NCBI RefSeq assembly: GCF_900167395.1
Contig: NZ_FUWK01000032.1
Coordinates: forward strand, 1-32,000
Length of the DNA stretch: 32,000 bases
Origin: Nitrosomonas europaea
GTDB lineage: Bacteria > Pseudomonadota > Gammaproteobacteria > Burkholderiales > Nitrosomonadaceae
Direction: 5' to 3'
Every line of letters begins with the position of its first letter. The stretch's first letter is position 1. Below, one piece after another: positions 1 through 8,927 of the stretch. The translations under genes and the position numbers were made by a program. The notes beneath the pieces are model-generated. The model was given only the letters and a program-made list of their open reading frames with translations. It searched no databases and was not told where the DNA came from.

Positions 1-294
1 GCTCTTGATCTGATCAGCGGGTTCAGGCCCTCGCATGTTCTGGCGGATAAAGGCTACGACAGCGATAATATTCTCGACGCCATTGCCTCCATGAAGGCCG
101 TGCCTGTCATCCCACCGCGATCAAACCGCAAAATACGAAGAACGTATGATCGCGAAATCTATAAATGCAGAAATATCATTGAGCGCACATTCAACAAACT
201 CAAGCATTGGCGCAGACTTTCAACCAGATATGACCGTAAAGCTATTTACTTCTCCGCCTTCATACATCTGGCTGCAGCAACTTTATGGCTTTAA
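1..294 (+). mobile_element. IS5-family (IS427/IS1031-like) DDE transposase, C-terminal fragment entering from the left window edge. The IS right end lies somewhere in about 295-400.
   Basis: Frame 1 is open from nt 1: ALDLISGFRPSHVLADKGYDSDNILDAIASMKAVPVIPPRSNRKIRRTYDREIYKCRNIIERTFNKLKHWRRLSTRYDRKAIYFSAFIHLAAATLWL*. The ADKGYDS, PVIPPRSNRK, YK-RN-IER-F-LK and R-ATRYDK-like signatures are typical of the C-terminal DDE region of IS5-family transposases. The terminal inverted repeat could not be defined without the left end. Confidence 0.8.
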
Positions 295-365
295 ATGTCG
301 ATTCGACCTAGACACGATCTGACACCTCGATGCCCGGCATCACTTCCATCTGGTTTAATCCCAAG

Positions 366-395
366 TTGATTAAGCATTCTGATTACCCTCATAAT
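366..395 (+). promoter_or_regulatory. Candidate sigma70 promoter for the convergent ATP-grasp gene
   Basis: TTGATT (366-371), an 18-nt spacer, then CATAAT (390-395), about 55 nt upstream of the ATG at 449. Pattern match only. Confidence 0.3.
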
Positions 396-448
396 GTGTC
401 ACAAACGCGTATATCCCCAACATGGAACAGCATTAGTATTTATTCGTT

Positions 449-1570
449 ATGAAAAACTTTATCAGGAAGTTGATACGAGCACTCACAGCTATCAGGCTTG
501 AAACCGATCGCTACAAACATTCAACCCTACGTATAATTATCAATTGGCTCACCGCATTCCTTAAAGATTTATTTTCAGCTCAAGAAATTCGATTATACGG
601 ACTTGCTGATCCCGAAGATGGTGCTAATCGTATCCGACAGTATGTTTCGAAGGAAATGGCAGATCGCTTTTACCGTAAATATAATCCTGGCGCTGCGGTT
701 CCAAACATTGAAGATAAATTTATTTTTACCACCCTATGCTTACAACATCATCTGCCTATTCCTGCAACTTATGGTATTTTCAAACAAGGTATTGTTAAAA
801 CATTTGATGAAAGAATTTTTCAGGAATCAAGTAGATTCCGGGATTTTATTCGAGAATTAGAACCTGGAGAATATCTACTTAAACCCAATAATGGAATGCT
901 TGGACTGGGATTATCCATCTTGGAGATAGACGATCAAGGCAGCCTGAAATTTCAAGGAAAATCCATTACTGCAGACGATCTTTATAGAGAATTATGCTCT
1001 ATCGAGGTCACACTTCCTGCATCGAGCAAAGGAGATTCTGTTGACATGGATTTTGAGGGATTGCTGTTTCAACAGCGCATAGCCAACCATCCGGAAATTA
1101 CAAAACTGACTGGATTTAAAATGCTGCAAACGATCAGAATCTGCACGCATGTAACCGATAATAATCAGGTTGAGATACTTTTCGCTTTTATGAAGCTTGC
1201 TGGCCAGGAAGGCCTAGCCGATGCCTTTAATCTTGGCAAAACCGGTAATATGCTGGCAAAAATCGATCCAGCCACAGGCAAGTTTTGCAATGTCTATGCA
1301 ATGGATCAGCAGCAAGGCTATCTTGTAGAAACCACTCACCATGCAGTAACACAAGCAAATTTGCTAAATTTTACCGTTCCTCATTGGCAGGCATGTTTGA
1401 CGCTAGCCATGAAATTATCCACCACTTTCCTGCCATTGCGTGCAGTCGGATGGGATATTGCCATTACTGACAACCGCCCTGTGGTACTCGAAGGCAATGA
1501 CAACTGGGTGCCTGTTGTCCCCTTTGATATCAACATCGATAAGCTCAAGCAATACAAACTGAAATCTTGA
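449..1570 (+). CDS. Sugar-transfer-associated ATP-grasp family protein (PF14397-like), paralogue A
   Basis: 373-aa ORF. The C-terminal signature FLPLRAVGWDIAITDNRPVVLEGNDNW is shared with the neighbouring ORF 1578-2663 (FAPLRTIGWDVAVTNEGPFLIEGNVFW). There is also a central KP-x-x-G-x-x-G-x-G nucleotide-binding-like segment (LLKPNNGMLGLGLS). Family call is from memory of the ATPgrasp_ST family and has not been HMM-verified. Confidence 0.6.
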   Translation: MKNFIRKLIRALTAIRLETDRYKHSTLRIIINWLTAFLKDLFSAQEIRLYGLADPEDGANRIRQYVSKEMADRFYRKYNPGAAVPNIEDKFIFTTLCLQHHLPIPATYGIFKQGIVKTFDERIFQESSRFRDFIRELEPGEYLLKPNNGMLGLGLSILEIDDQGSLKFQGKSITADDLYRELCSIEVTLPASSKGDSVDMDFEGLLFQQRIANHPEITKLTGFKMLQTIRICTHVTDNNQVEILFAFMKLAGQEGLADAFNLGKTGNMLAKIDPATGKFCNVYAMDQQQGYLVETTHHAVTQANLLNFTVPHWQACLTLAMKLSTTFLPLRAVGWDIAITDNRPVVLEGNDNWVPVVPFDINIDKLKQYKLKS

Positions 1571-1577
1571 TAGAAAT

Positions 1578-2663
1578 CTAGTTCACGAGAGGCGCATTCA
1601 GCGCCATAAGCAATTGACATATAGCCTGCATACTCCCCTCTTGAGGCGTTAACGGATCCCAGAAGACATTACCTTCAATTAAAAAAGGACCCTCATTGGT
1701 CACCGCAACATCCCAACCGATAGTCCGTAATGGAGCAAATGCTTTCTGGGCATTCAGAACAAGCACTACACATTGATTCCAGAAAGGAATTGTAAATTCT
1801 GTTTTCTTTCCACTGATATCTTCAATATAGTCATAACGCACCAGATACTTTTTTATGTGATCATACTTAATGAAGCTCTCAATTTTTCCGTACTCATCAA
1901 TTAAACATAGACGCCCATTACTTATTCCCCATGAAAAATTATCAATCAGGTTTCCTTGTTTAGGAAACTTGATTTTTCGAATAATCAGTTTGGGCTGACC
2001 ATTTTCATCAAGACAGGTAATCAAACGCAAGCTTTGCAAAACTGTATTCCCCGTAAATTCCGCAATAGCTTGATGACTGTATAACCTTTTTTGCAAGATA
2101 TATCGATCAGGGTTTTCAGCTAGTATTTTCTTGAATACATCACGTAATGACAAACTTAAATCGGTAGTAAATCGATGTACACCATCCACAAAATCCAAAG
2201 CTGATACCCCTTTACCATGGTAACCATAGACGGGCTTCATAATAATGTCAAAAGGATAACGAGCCAATCCATCCAACAAATTATTTTTGGTCTCAATGCC
2301 CTGCCCATTCTCCCAATAGGATTGGCCATTTGGGTCAAAAACTGCTACTAATTCGGGAACAGATAAGTTGTTCTTAATACAGTGATGATGAAATGCAATT
2401 TTATCTTCCGTTAGATACCAATGTGAAGCAGGATTCACTTTTTTCTGTAAATGCAGAAAGCATTCTTTACTGATCATCCCATTACGTTCTTCATTATTCC
2501 AGGATGGGTTAAGCAAATCTTCCATGAATATCTCCACTGGCGAATACTGCTCTGATGTCGCCAGCTGAAGAAAGCGCAGGTAGCTCGCTATTTTTGGATA
2601 ATGATTAACTCTGGTTATCTCATTTACCTGCTTGACAGCAGCATACAATTTTTGAAGTTTCAC
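1578..2663 (-). CDS. Sugar-transfer-associated ATP-grasp family protein (PF14397-like), paralogue B. Last gene of the minus-strand EPS operon.
   Basis: 361-aa ORF with a GTG start at 2663 and a TAG stop at 1578-1580. Carries IMKPVYGYHGKGVS and the C-terminal GWDVAVTNEGPFLIEGNVFW signature. It starts 18 nt downstream of the preceding ATP-grasp gene. Confidence 0.6.
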   Translation of the reverse strand: MKLQKLYAAVKQVNEITRVNHYPKIASYLRFLQLATSEQYSPVEIFMEDLLNPSWNNEERNGMISKECFLHLQKKVNPASHWYLTEDKIAFHHHCIKNNLSVPELVAVFDPNGQSYWENGQGIETKNNLLDGLARYPFDIIMKPVYGYHGKGVSALDFVDGVHRFTTDLSLSLRDVFKKILAENPDRYILQKRLYSHQAIAEFTGNTVLQSLRLITCLDENGQPKLIIRKIKFPKQGNLIDNFSWGISNGRLCLIDEYGKIESFIKYDHIKKYLVRYDYIEDISGKKTEFTIPFWNQCVVLVLNAQKAFAPLRTIGWDVAVTNEGPFLIEGNVFWDPLTPQEGSMQAICQLLMALNAPLVN

Positions 2664-2681
2664 TACGATATAGAGTATGGA

Positions 2682-3755
2682 TTAGGTTAGTTTTGAATAT
2701 AAATGAGGAACTGGATCAGTTATTGCTTGAACAAATCCGCGCACACTACCCACCGAGAGATTTTTCCAACCTTTATGTGGTAACAACAATTGCTTCCATA
2801 AGGAACCAGCCAGACAATAGCGCCCTTCTCCAGATTTTTCAGAAATTTTAGGCAACGTCCCTGTTTTTGTGTAATGAATGCCCATTTCGATAAAATTTAA
2901 TCCCTGCCACATCGAAGCAGAAATGGTATACCAAGCTCTGGGATTACATTCGATCACATATAATTTGCCATCACGTGCATCAATACGCATGTCAAAATGA
3001 GCCAACCCCTCGTAATGGAAAGCTTGAACCAATCGTGTAGCAATCGCATGCATTTCCGGATGTTGAGTAAACTCAAGTACCCCATCTTCCAGCCAGGATT
3101 GGACGGTATTGCACAGTATTCGATCATTCGCAGCCAGAATACTGATATCGATATCGCGCCCCGGTATATACGACTGTACAATCAACGGTAATTGTGCGTA
3201 GTGTGAGTCCTGTTCGATATACGTACGCAAAGCTTGAAGATTATCCAAACGCACCACCCCGTGACTAGACTCAGCCTCTAATGGCTTTACAATGAGTGGA
3301 AAACCAACTGGATCAAGAGTGCTGGTATCAAGCTGATCAGAAGATGTCAACAGGATTGTCGGAGGGATAGGCAATCTATATTTCGCACAGGTTTGTGCAA
3401 AAGACCACTTATTATGTAATGTATCCAGTATCACCTGATCACTACAAGGAAAGCATGGTAAATCTGGATAAGCCTTTTTTGTGGCCGCTAAGAACGCCGC
3501 ACTGCCCATGTCAGATGGCAATATGATATCAAAATTCTCCCCTTGAACTCTCTCTCTCAGTAATTGCTGAGTCTTTACAGATGGCAGACCATCCTGCCAA
3601 AATTGAACCTCACTATGTCCATCCGTATAACGAGAATATTTAAGTATTCGTGCACCGCGCGGCCCCGCTGTCTGAACAAAAGCATTCATGCCCTTCAAGC
3701 AATATAATACCTTCAACCCCAATGGACCAGATTCACAGAGCAACAATACTTTCAT
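2682..3755 (-). CDS. ATP-grasp domain carboxylate-amine ligase (classical type)
   Basis: 357-aa ORF. Has LIVKPLEAESSHGVVRL (the Lys-containing ATP-binding strand), IVQSYIPGRDIDISIL, and the Mg-binding E-x-N motif within HFDMRIDARDGKLYVIECNPRAW. Confidence 0.7.
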   Translation of the reverse strand: MKVLLLCESGPLGLKVLYCLKGMNAFVQTAGPRGARILKYSRYTDGHSEVQFWQDGLPSVKTQQLLRERVQGENFDIILPSDMGSAAFLAATKKAYPDLPCFPCSDQVILDTLHNKWSFAQTCAKYRLPIPPTILLTSSDQLDTSTLDPVGFPLIVKPLEAESSHGVVRLDNLQALRTYIEQDSHYAQLPLIVQSYIPGRDIDISILAANDRILCNTVQSWLEDGVLEFTQHPEMHAIATRLVQAFHYEGLAHFDMRIDARDGKLYVIECNPRAWYTISASMWQGLNFIEMGIHYTKTGTLPKISEKSGEGRYCLAGSLWKQLLLPHKGWKNLSVGSVRGFVQAITDPVPHLYSKLT

Positions 3756-3821
3756 GATATTTACATATAATCCAAATAATAAGACGATATAAGTTTAAGT
3801 AAAAACTACTCTGACCTTAAT

Positions 3822-4760
3822 CTAGGCCTTGGATCGAAATAGTTTTTTTATGGCCGCTTTCACACCAAATTTATCCAGCATTCGAACAATGCCATCCGAT
3901 AATTTGTCGCTGCTCGCATGCAGTGCCACTTTGATTAAATTGAGCCAGGTACGCCGAAAATAATACACATCTGCACAATATTGATTGTTGGTTGCAAAAA
4001 ATGCCTTATGCGCACCTTCTCCCTCGGTAAAATCAAAGATTTTTATATGACTTGCCGTAAACATACGCTGCAAAGCAAAATATTGCAGTAGAGTACCGGG
4101 AGACCAACGTTGATATTCCGGGTCATGACCCACGTATTCGTAGAGAGCAATCCCGTCATGTACTGGACAATAAATATAAGCGATCGGCTTTTTCTGATAA
4201 AAAAGAAGATAACCTCGTACGTTATCCTCAGCAGCAAGCGCTAGCATATTCTCTTGAAATTGTTGATCAGAAGGTAAACCACAATCGAGCAGCCGCTCCT
4301 GATAAGTTTTTTGTGAAACTTCCATTGCCAGCTTATAAAATTCATGCATTTCTTCCGGTTTGCAATATTCCCTCCAATCTATCTCTCCTCCTGATAACTC
4401 AGCAAATCTTTTTATTTTTCGCAAGAGTGTGTTTCTGGATTTGGCAGAAAATTTTTTCAGATAATCTTCAAAATTGCCATCAAGTACGACCCAGTATCGT
4501 CGATAGCTTGAAGGAATATACTGAATCGCTTGGGGCAATATGCTTAGCTTAGCTAGCGATGATTCTATCGGATGAGAACGTGTCACTACTACGTCAACAG
4601 AATCTCTGAATAATTTTGGAAGCTCTGCCGGTACGGTTGGATGGATAGGAAGTTTAGTGAAATGAGTTTTCAGTACGCAGGCATTCAATGGCCAGGCGAG
4701 AACACTCATTTCTCCCAATCGCACAGTGAAGTTTATTGATTGCCTGGACCATTCTTCCAT
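3822..4760 (-). CDS. GNAT-fold, FemAB-like acetyltransferase-domain protein (PF13480 / CelD-BcsL-like)
   Basis: 312-aa ORF. FEDYLKKFSAKSRNTLLRKIKRF is followed by a C-terminal GNAT-like core (YLLFYQKKPIAYIYCPVHDGIALYEYVGHDPEYQRWSPGTLL), typical of the BioF2-like/FemAB-like acetyltransferase family. The ATG at 4760 shares one nt with the TGA of the upstream gene (TGATG). Confidence 0.6.
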   Translation of the reverse strand: MEEWSRQSINFTVRLGEMSVLAWPLNACVLKTHFTKLPIHPTVPAELPKLFRDSVDVVVTRSHPIESSLAKLSILPQAIQYIPSSYRRYWVVLDGNFEDYLKKFSAKSRNTLLRKIKRFAELSGGEIDWREYCKPEEMHEFYKLAMEVSQKTYQERLLDCGLPSDQQFQENMLALAAEDNVRGYLLFYQKKPIAYIYCPVHDGIALYEYVGHDPEYQRWSPGTLLQYFALQRMFTASHIKIFDFTEGEGAHKAFFATNNQYCADVYYFRRTWLNLIKVALHASSDKLSDGIVRMLDKFGVKAAIKKLFRSKA

Positions 4761-5752
4761 CAGAAAAACCTTGAATGGATCTGCTCAGCATAACGCTTAA
4801 TCGTATGATGCAGACGAGAATATAAAATTTTCTGTGGCCTTATTTCAGGAATCGTTATTGGATCAAGCTCGGAAAACAGAGTAGTTCTAAATTTATCGGG
4901 ATGATCAGATAAAAATTTACACAAATGATTAAAGCGACTGATATTCAATTTATCCGGCAAACTTAATTTACCGATACTTCTGCCTTTAACTAGCTCAAAA
5001 CTATGCAAGACAATTACAAATGAAAACCAGCCTTGTCGCCAGGCATTGAGTAAGACTGTTTCCATTTCTTTTGTAGAACATGCTGCCAGTTGGACATGTC
5101 GCCAATGGTTTGGATAATCCTGAAAAAAAGAAATAGGGAATTCCCATACACCCTCAATCTTACATGGCTGAAGCAACTGTTCATTCAGATCAATCTTGCA
5201 ATCTTCGCCCAGATAGCAAGAGTTATAGCTGGAATCAAACAACAGCTTATTTTGTGCTACAGCGCGTAACGTATCCCGATTAGCACCATAACCTCCAGCG
5301 CGAAAGGCATGTAGTTCTTTTACGCCAGCTGCCTGAAGACTGCGTATTCCCTTTGCAATTAAGGTCACCTGCTCATCTAAAGTGAATTGATGCATGTATT
5401 GCTTAAAATGGACAGGAATAGTTGGATCATAAATTTCACTGAGCCATTCAGTATGCAAGTGTAGCTGGACTTCCTGGTCATTACGTTGAATCAAATCAAC
5501 TATGTCTGCAAGATGATTGCTGCCAATCCGGTCAGCAAACAGTGGCTCCAGAAAATAAGTGGCTTTTAATCCATACTGATTAAATCGCTCAATTTGATAA
5601 GGCAGCCCGAATTCACCTTCAGATGTTTTGCCATAAAAGCATGCAGCAATTTCTTCATCAAACGCTATTTTATACGGTGACAAGGCACGTACCGGCCAGC
5701 CATCGGAATAAGGCCATAGCTCAGTGTCAACGGTGAGATAAACGTTCAACAT
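4760..5752 (-). CDS. Divergent NodB-fold / polysaccharide-deacetylase-like protein
   Basis: 330-aa ORF with an AGGAG Shine-Dalgarno 5 nt before the ATG. The N-terminal LTVDTE (Asp-x-Glu metal/catalytic-like), HLHTEW (His-x-His-like) and FRAGGYG segments resemble divergent CE4-type deacetylases. This is the weakest family call in the operon. Confidence 0.45.
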   Translation of the reverse strand: MLNVYLTVDTELWPYSDGWPVRALSPYKIAFDEEIAACFYGKTSEGEFGLPYQIERFNQYGLKATYFLEPLFADRIGSNHLADIVDLIQRNDQEVQLHLHTEWLSEIYDPTIPVHFKQYMHQFTLDEQVTLIAKGIRSLQAAGVKELHAFRAGGYGANRDTLRAVAQNKLLFDSSYNSCYLGEDCKIDLNEQLLQPCKIEGVWEFPISFFQDYPNHWRHVQLAACSTKEMETVLLNAWRQGWFSFVIVLHSFELVKGRSIGKLSLPDKLNISRFNHLCKFLSDHPDKFRTTLFSELDPITIPEIRPQKILYSRLHHTIKRYAEQIHSRFF

Positions 5753-5800
5753 TGAACTCCTGCCCCCCAGTCGAGAATCCTATGTTTTATTAAATCAATA

Positions 5801-7735
5801 TCAGGCAACCTTTTTATCCTGCCCGGTATATGACATATTCCCCATACTAAGTATGTTGCGCAAAAAAGCCTCAAACATCAATAGTGTCCAGATAGGTGCA
5901 CTGTAATCCCGTCTGCCGGATTGGTGCTGGTCAAGCATTTTTTTGATGAATCCCATATCAAAAATTCCGGTACCAGCCAGTGTATTGCCCAGTAACGCAG
6001 TGCGCACACGTTCACGTAATGGGCCGCGGAACCAGCTGGCCAATGGTACTGAAAAACCCATCTTGTTCCGGTAAAGCACTTCGTTCGGTAAATAGGGTTC
6101 CAGTGATCTTTTGAGAATATATTTTCCTTCCTGTTGACGTAACTTCATGGAGGCAGGCAACCCCGAAACCCATTCGACCAGTTCATGATCCAGCAGCGGG
6201 ACCCGCACTTCCAGTGAATGCGCCATACTGGCACGATCCACCTTGGTCAGAATATCGCCCACCAGATAAGTTTTCATATCCAGATACTGAATCAGTGATA
6301 AAGCATCTTTTGTCGGGCTTTTATCCGCATAATCACGTAATACCTCTACCGCCCGATAGCCCTGCAGATCACGATAAAAATCCCGGGTAAATAACTGCAT
6401 ACGCAGCTTATTATCCAGAATGGATACGCTGTGGAAATAACCTTCCACGGAATCGCGCGCAAGTGATTCAAATGTAGTTTTGGCACGCAGGAATTTCGGT
6501 GCCCAGTCCGCCTTAGGATAAACACTGCCCAACAGACCAAATAAAGGTTTACGCAATCCCAATGGTAATTTTGAACGCAACCGTTCCTCTATCATGTGCC
6601 AGCGATAACGGCGATAACCGGCAAAATTCTCATCTCCTCCATCTCCGGAAAGCGCTACTGTCACCCGTTTCCTGGCTAACTCACAGACACGATAAGTCGG
6701 AATAGCAGAGCTATCAGCAAATGGTTCATCGTAGAGCGCAGCCAGTCGATCGATGAGATCAAAATCATCTTGCTGAACCTGTTCAGTAAAATGCCGGGTC
6801 TGGTAGCGTTCAGCAACCAGCCGGGCATAATCCGATTCATCAAAAGCGGGATCGGAAAAAGCGATTGAACAGGTATTGACCGGTTCTTTCATCAGCCCCC
6901 CCATCATCGCAACGACAGCACTGGAATCCACTCCACCGGAAAGAAATGCACCCAGCGGTACTTCACTCATGAGGTGACTATCCACCGCATTTCGCAATCG
7001 GAGAATCAATTCTTCTGCAGCTTCCTCTTCACTCAGAGAACCGTGCGGTGTAAACGGTATATCCCAGTATTCGCGGGATTGCACAGTCTGTTGCCCACGC
7101 TGCAATGACAACAGATGGCCAGGATTCAGTTTGAAGGCATTTTTAAAAATAGTTTTTGGCTCGGGAATATAGCCATAAGCAAAATAGTCTTCTATCGCCC
7201 GATGATCGAACGTTTTGTCAAAATCCGGATGAACCAGCAAGGCTTTGAGTTCCGAGGCAAACAGAAATAATCCGTTATCCAGCAGGGTATAGTAAAACGG
7301 TTTGATACCCAGCCGATCACGTGCCATGAACAATGTTTGCCGGTTACGATCCCACACACCAAAGGCAAACATACCACTGAAACGTTCGACACAACGTTCA
7401 CCCCATTCTTCCCAGGCATGTACGATCACTTCCGTATCGCAATGGGTACGAAATCGATGCCCCAGCGCTGTCAACTCTCCGACCAGTTTCTGGAAATTAT
7501 AGATTTCACCATTGAAGACAACGACCACGCTGCCATCTTCATTGAACAATGGCTGCTGACCGCTGGATACATCCATGATCGACAGGCGACGGTGCCCTAA
7601 TCCCAGCCCTGATTCAACATATACCTCTCCTTCATCCGGACCGCGATGCGTCAGTGTTTCATTCATGCGATGAAGCAGATTACGGTCGATCTCACTTGTA
7701 CTGCGCGTATCAAATACACCTGTTATGCCACACAT
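5801..7735 (-). CDS. Asparagine synthetase (glutamine-hydrolysing) family; XrtA/PEP-CTERM system-associated amidotransferase 1 type
   Basis: 644-aa ORF. Has the N-terminal MCGI Cys2 nucleophile, the GHRRLSI and NGEIYN glutaminase motifs, and the PP-loop FLSGGVDSS. Its position directly after the stp2-type glycosyltransferase matches the canonical XrtA locus order. Confidence 0.9.
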   Translation of the reverse strand: MCGITGVFDTRSTSEIDRNLLHRMNETLTHRGPDEGEVYVESGLGLGHRRLSIMDVSSGQQPLFNEDGSVVVVFNGEIYNFQKLVGELTALGHRFRTHCDTEVIVHAWEEWGERCVERFSGMFAFGVWDRNRQTLFMARDRLGIKPFYYTLLDNGLFLFASELKALLVHPDFDKTFDHRAIEDYFAYGYIPEPKTIFKNAFKLNPGHLLSLQRGQQTVQSREYWDIPFTPHGSLSEEEAAEELILRLRNAVDSHLMSEVPLGAFLSGGVDSSAVVAMMGGLMKEPVNTCSIAFSDPAFDESDYARLVAERYQTRHFTEQVQQDDFDLIDRLAALYDEPFADSSAIPTYRVCELARKRVTVALSGDGGDENFAGYRRYRWHMIEERLRSKLPLGLRKPLFGLLGSVYPKADWAPKFLRAKTTFESLARDSVEGYFHSVSILDNKLRMQLFTRDFYRDLQGYRAVEVLRDYADKSPTKDALSLIQYLDMKTYLVGDILTKVDRASMAHSLEVRVPLLDHELVEWVSGLPASMKLRQQEGKYILKRSLEPYLPNEVLYRNKMGFSVPLASWFRGPLRERVRTALLGNTLAGTGIFDMGFIKKMLDQHQSGRRDYSAPIWTLLMFEAFLRNILSMGNMSYTGQDKKVA

Positions 7736-7747
7736 ATTTTTATCCGG

Positions 7748-8911
7748 TCAGTTGATCGTTTCAGTTTTTGATTTATAACCCAGTACCCGATCATAAACCG
7801 CAAGATAACCATTTGTCATTGAACGCATACTGAACTGCTGCTCAATGATTGCTCGTGCATGCTGTCCGTGCTTGTATACCGCGGTATTATCCTGATGATA
7901 TTGACTTATTGCACGGGCCAGCGCGACCGGGTCTCCCGAAGGCACCAGACGGCCGGTTTCCCCCTCCAGAACCAGTTCGGTATTGCCTCCCACTCGAGTT
8001 GCAATAACCGGCAGGCCACTCGCCATGGCTTCCAGAACAGTATTGGAAATTCCTTCCCCCAAAGAGGGCAGTACGAACACATCCATTGCCTGCATCAGCT
8101 GAGGAATGTCGTCACGTTCTCCCGGAAGCCAGGCAAATTGCTCAACTCCGGCTGAGCGCAGCATGGCCTCGCATTCTGCTCTCGCCACACCCTCTCCTGC
8201 AATGATGAGCCGTAATGGCCTGTCGATTTCAGATAATTCATTTCGCAACATCAGAAAAGCCTGTACCAGTGTCGGAAAATCCTTGACTGCCGCCATTCGG
8301 CCAACACTCCCCACAACGAATGGCCTGCCAGCGAAGAAATCCGGAGGAAATATCTCGACCGGAACAGTGCCACCTGGATGGAAACGCAGATGTTCCACGC
8401 CGTTATAAATCTGGTGTACTTTCACTGGAGATACCTTCACCGTATCAATCAACCAGTTTTCCAGATCTTTACTGACGGTAATGAAGTGGTGGATAAACGG
8501 GCGAATTGCCTTGCGCAACAGATTGTATTTCCAGTTTTTACCGTCGAGGTCAAAAATATCCCGGCCATGTTCCCCATGCACCCGTGCCTTCACACCTGCC
8601 ACAGCAGCAACCACCTGCGCTTCCATAGCTGTGAGATTACGCGTGTGCACGATATCCGGCTTAAGTTGCCTGAACACTCTGTAAAGTTTGCCGTAGACAC
8701 TGAAATCTTTTCCTTCGCGTTTGTTCAGCGCAATGATCTCGACATCATCCCGGTTAAGGCGTTTGTGAAATTCCGAGAATCCCTTGAGGCAAATGATGGC
8801 ATGCCGGTAACGATCCGCAGGAATATGATTGATCAGATTCACCAGACCATTTTCGAGCCCGCCTACTCCCAGATGAAAAATCACATGCACAATCAGAGGA
8901 GGATGGGACAT
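7748..8911 (-). CDS. GT4-family glycosyltransferase (PEP-CTERM/EpsH1 system-associated sugar transferase, stp2 type)
   Basis: The ORF track gives 7748-8971. I prefer the ATG at 8911 (MSHPPLIVHVIFHLGVGGLENG), which follows a GGAG about 9 nt upstream and lies 16 nt after the xrtA stop. The GVGGLENG N-terminal motif and the E-x7-E C-terminal motif (EGISNTVLEAMASGLPVIAT) are present. Confidence 0.85.
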   Translation of the reverse strand: MSHPPLIVHVIFHLGVGGLENGLVNLINHIPADRYRHAIICLKGFSEFHKRLNRDDVEIIALNKREGKDFSVYGKLYRVFRQLKPDIVHTRNLTAMEAQVVAAVAGVKARVHGEHGRDIFDLDGKNWKYNLLRKAIRPFIHHFITVSKDLENWLIDTVKVSPVKVHQIYNGVEHLRFHPGGTVPVEIFPPDFFAGRPFVVGSVGRMAAVKDFPTLVQAFLMLRNELSEIDRPLRLIIAGEGVARAECEAMLRSAGVEQFAWLPGERDDIPQLMQAMDVFVLPSLGEGISNTVLEAMASGLPVIATRVGGNTELVLEGETGRLVPSGDPVALARAISQYHQDNTAVYKHGQHARAIIEQQFSMRSMTNGYLAVYDRVLGYKSKTETIN

Positions 8912-8927
8912 TACTCTGATCTCCGCC

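Noticed and set aside
449-3822. Graspetide/microviridin-type RiPP cluster (ATP-grasp ligases acting on a small precursor peptide)
   Set aside because: The intergenic gaps next to the ATP-grasp genes are only 7, 18 and 66 nt, and the 155-nt region at 295-448 holds only a 24-codon ORF abutting the transposase stop. No plausible precursor gene is present, and the polysaccharide context fits sugar-linked ligases better.
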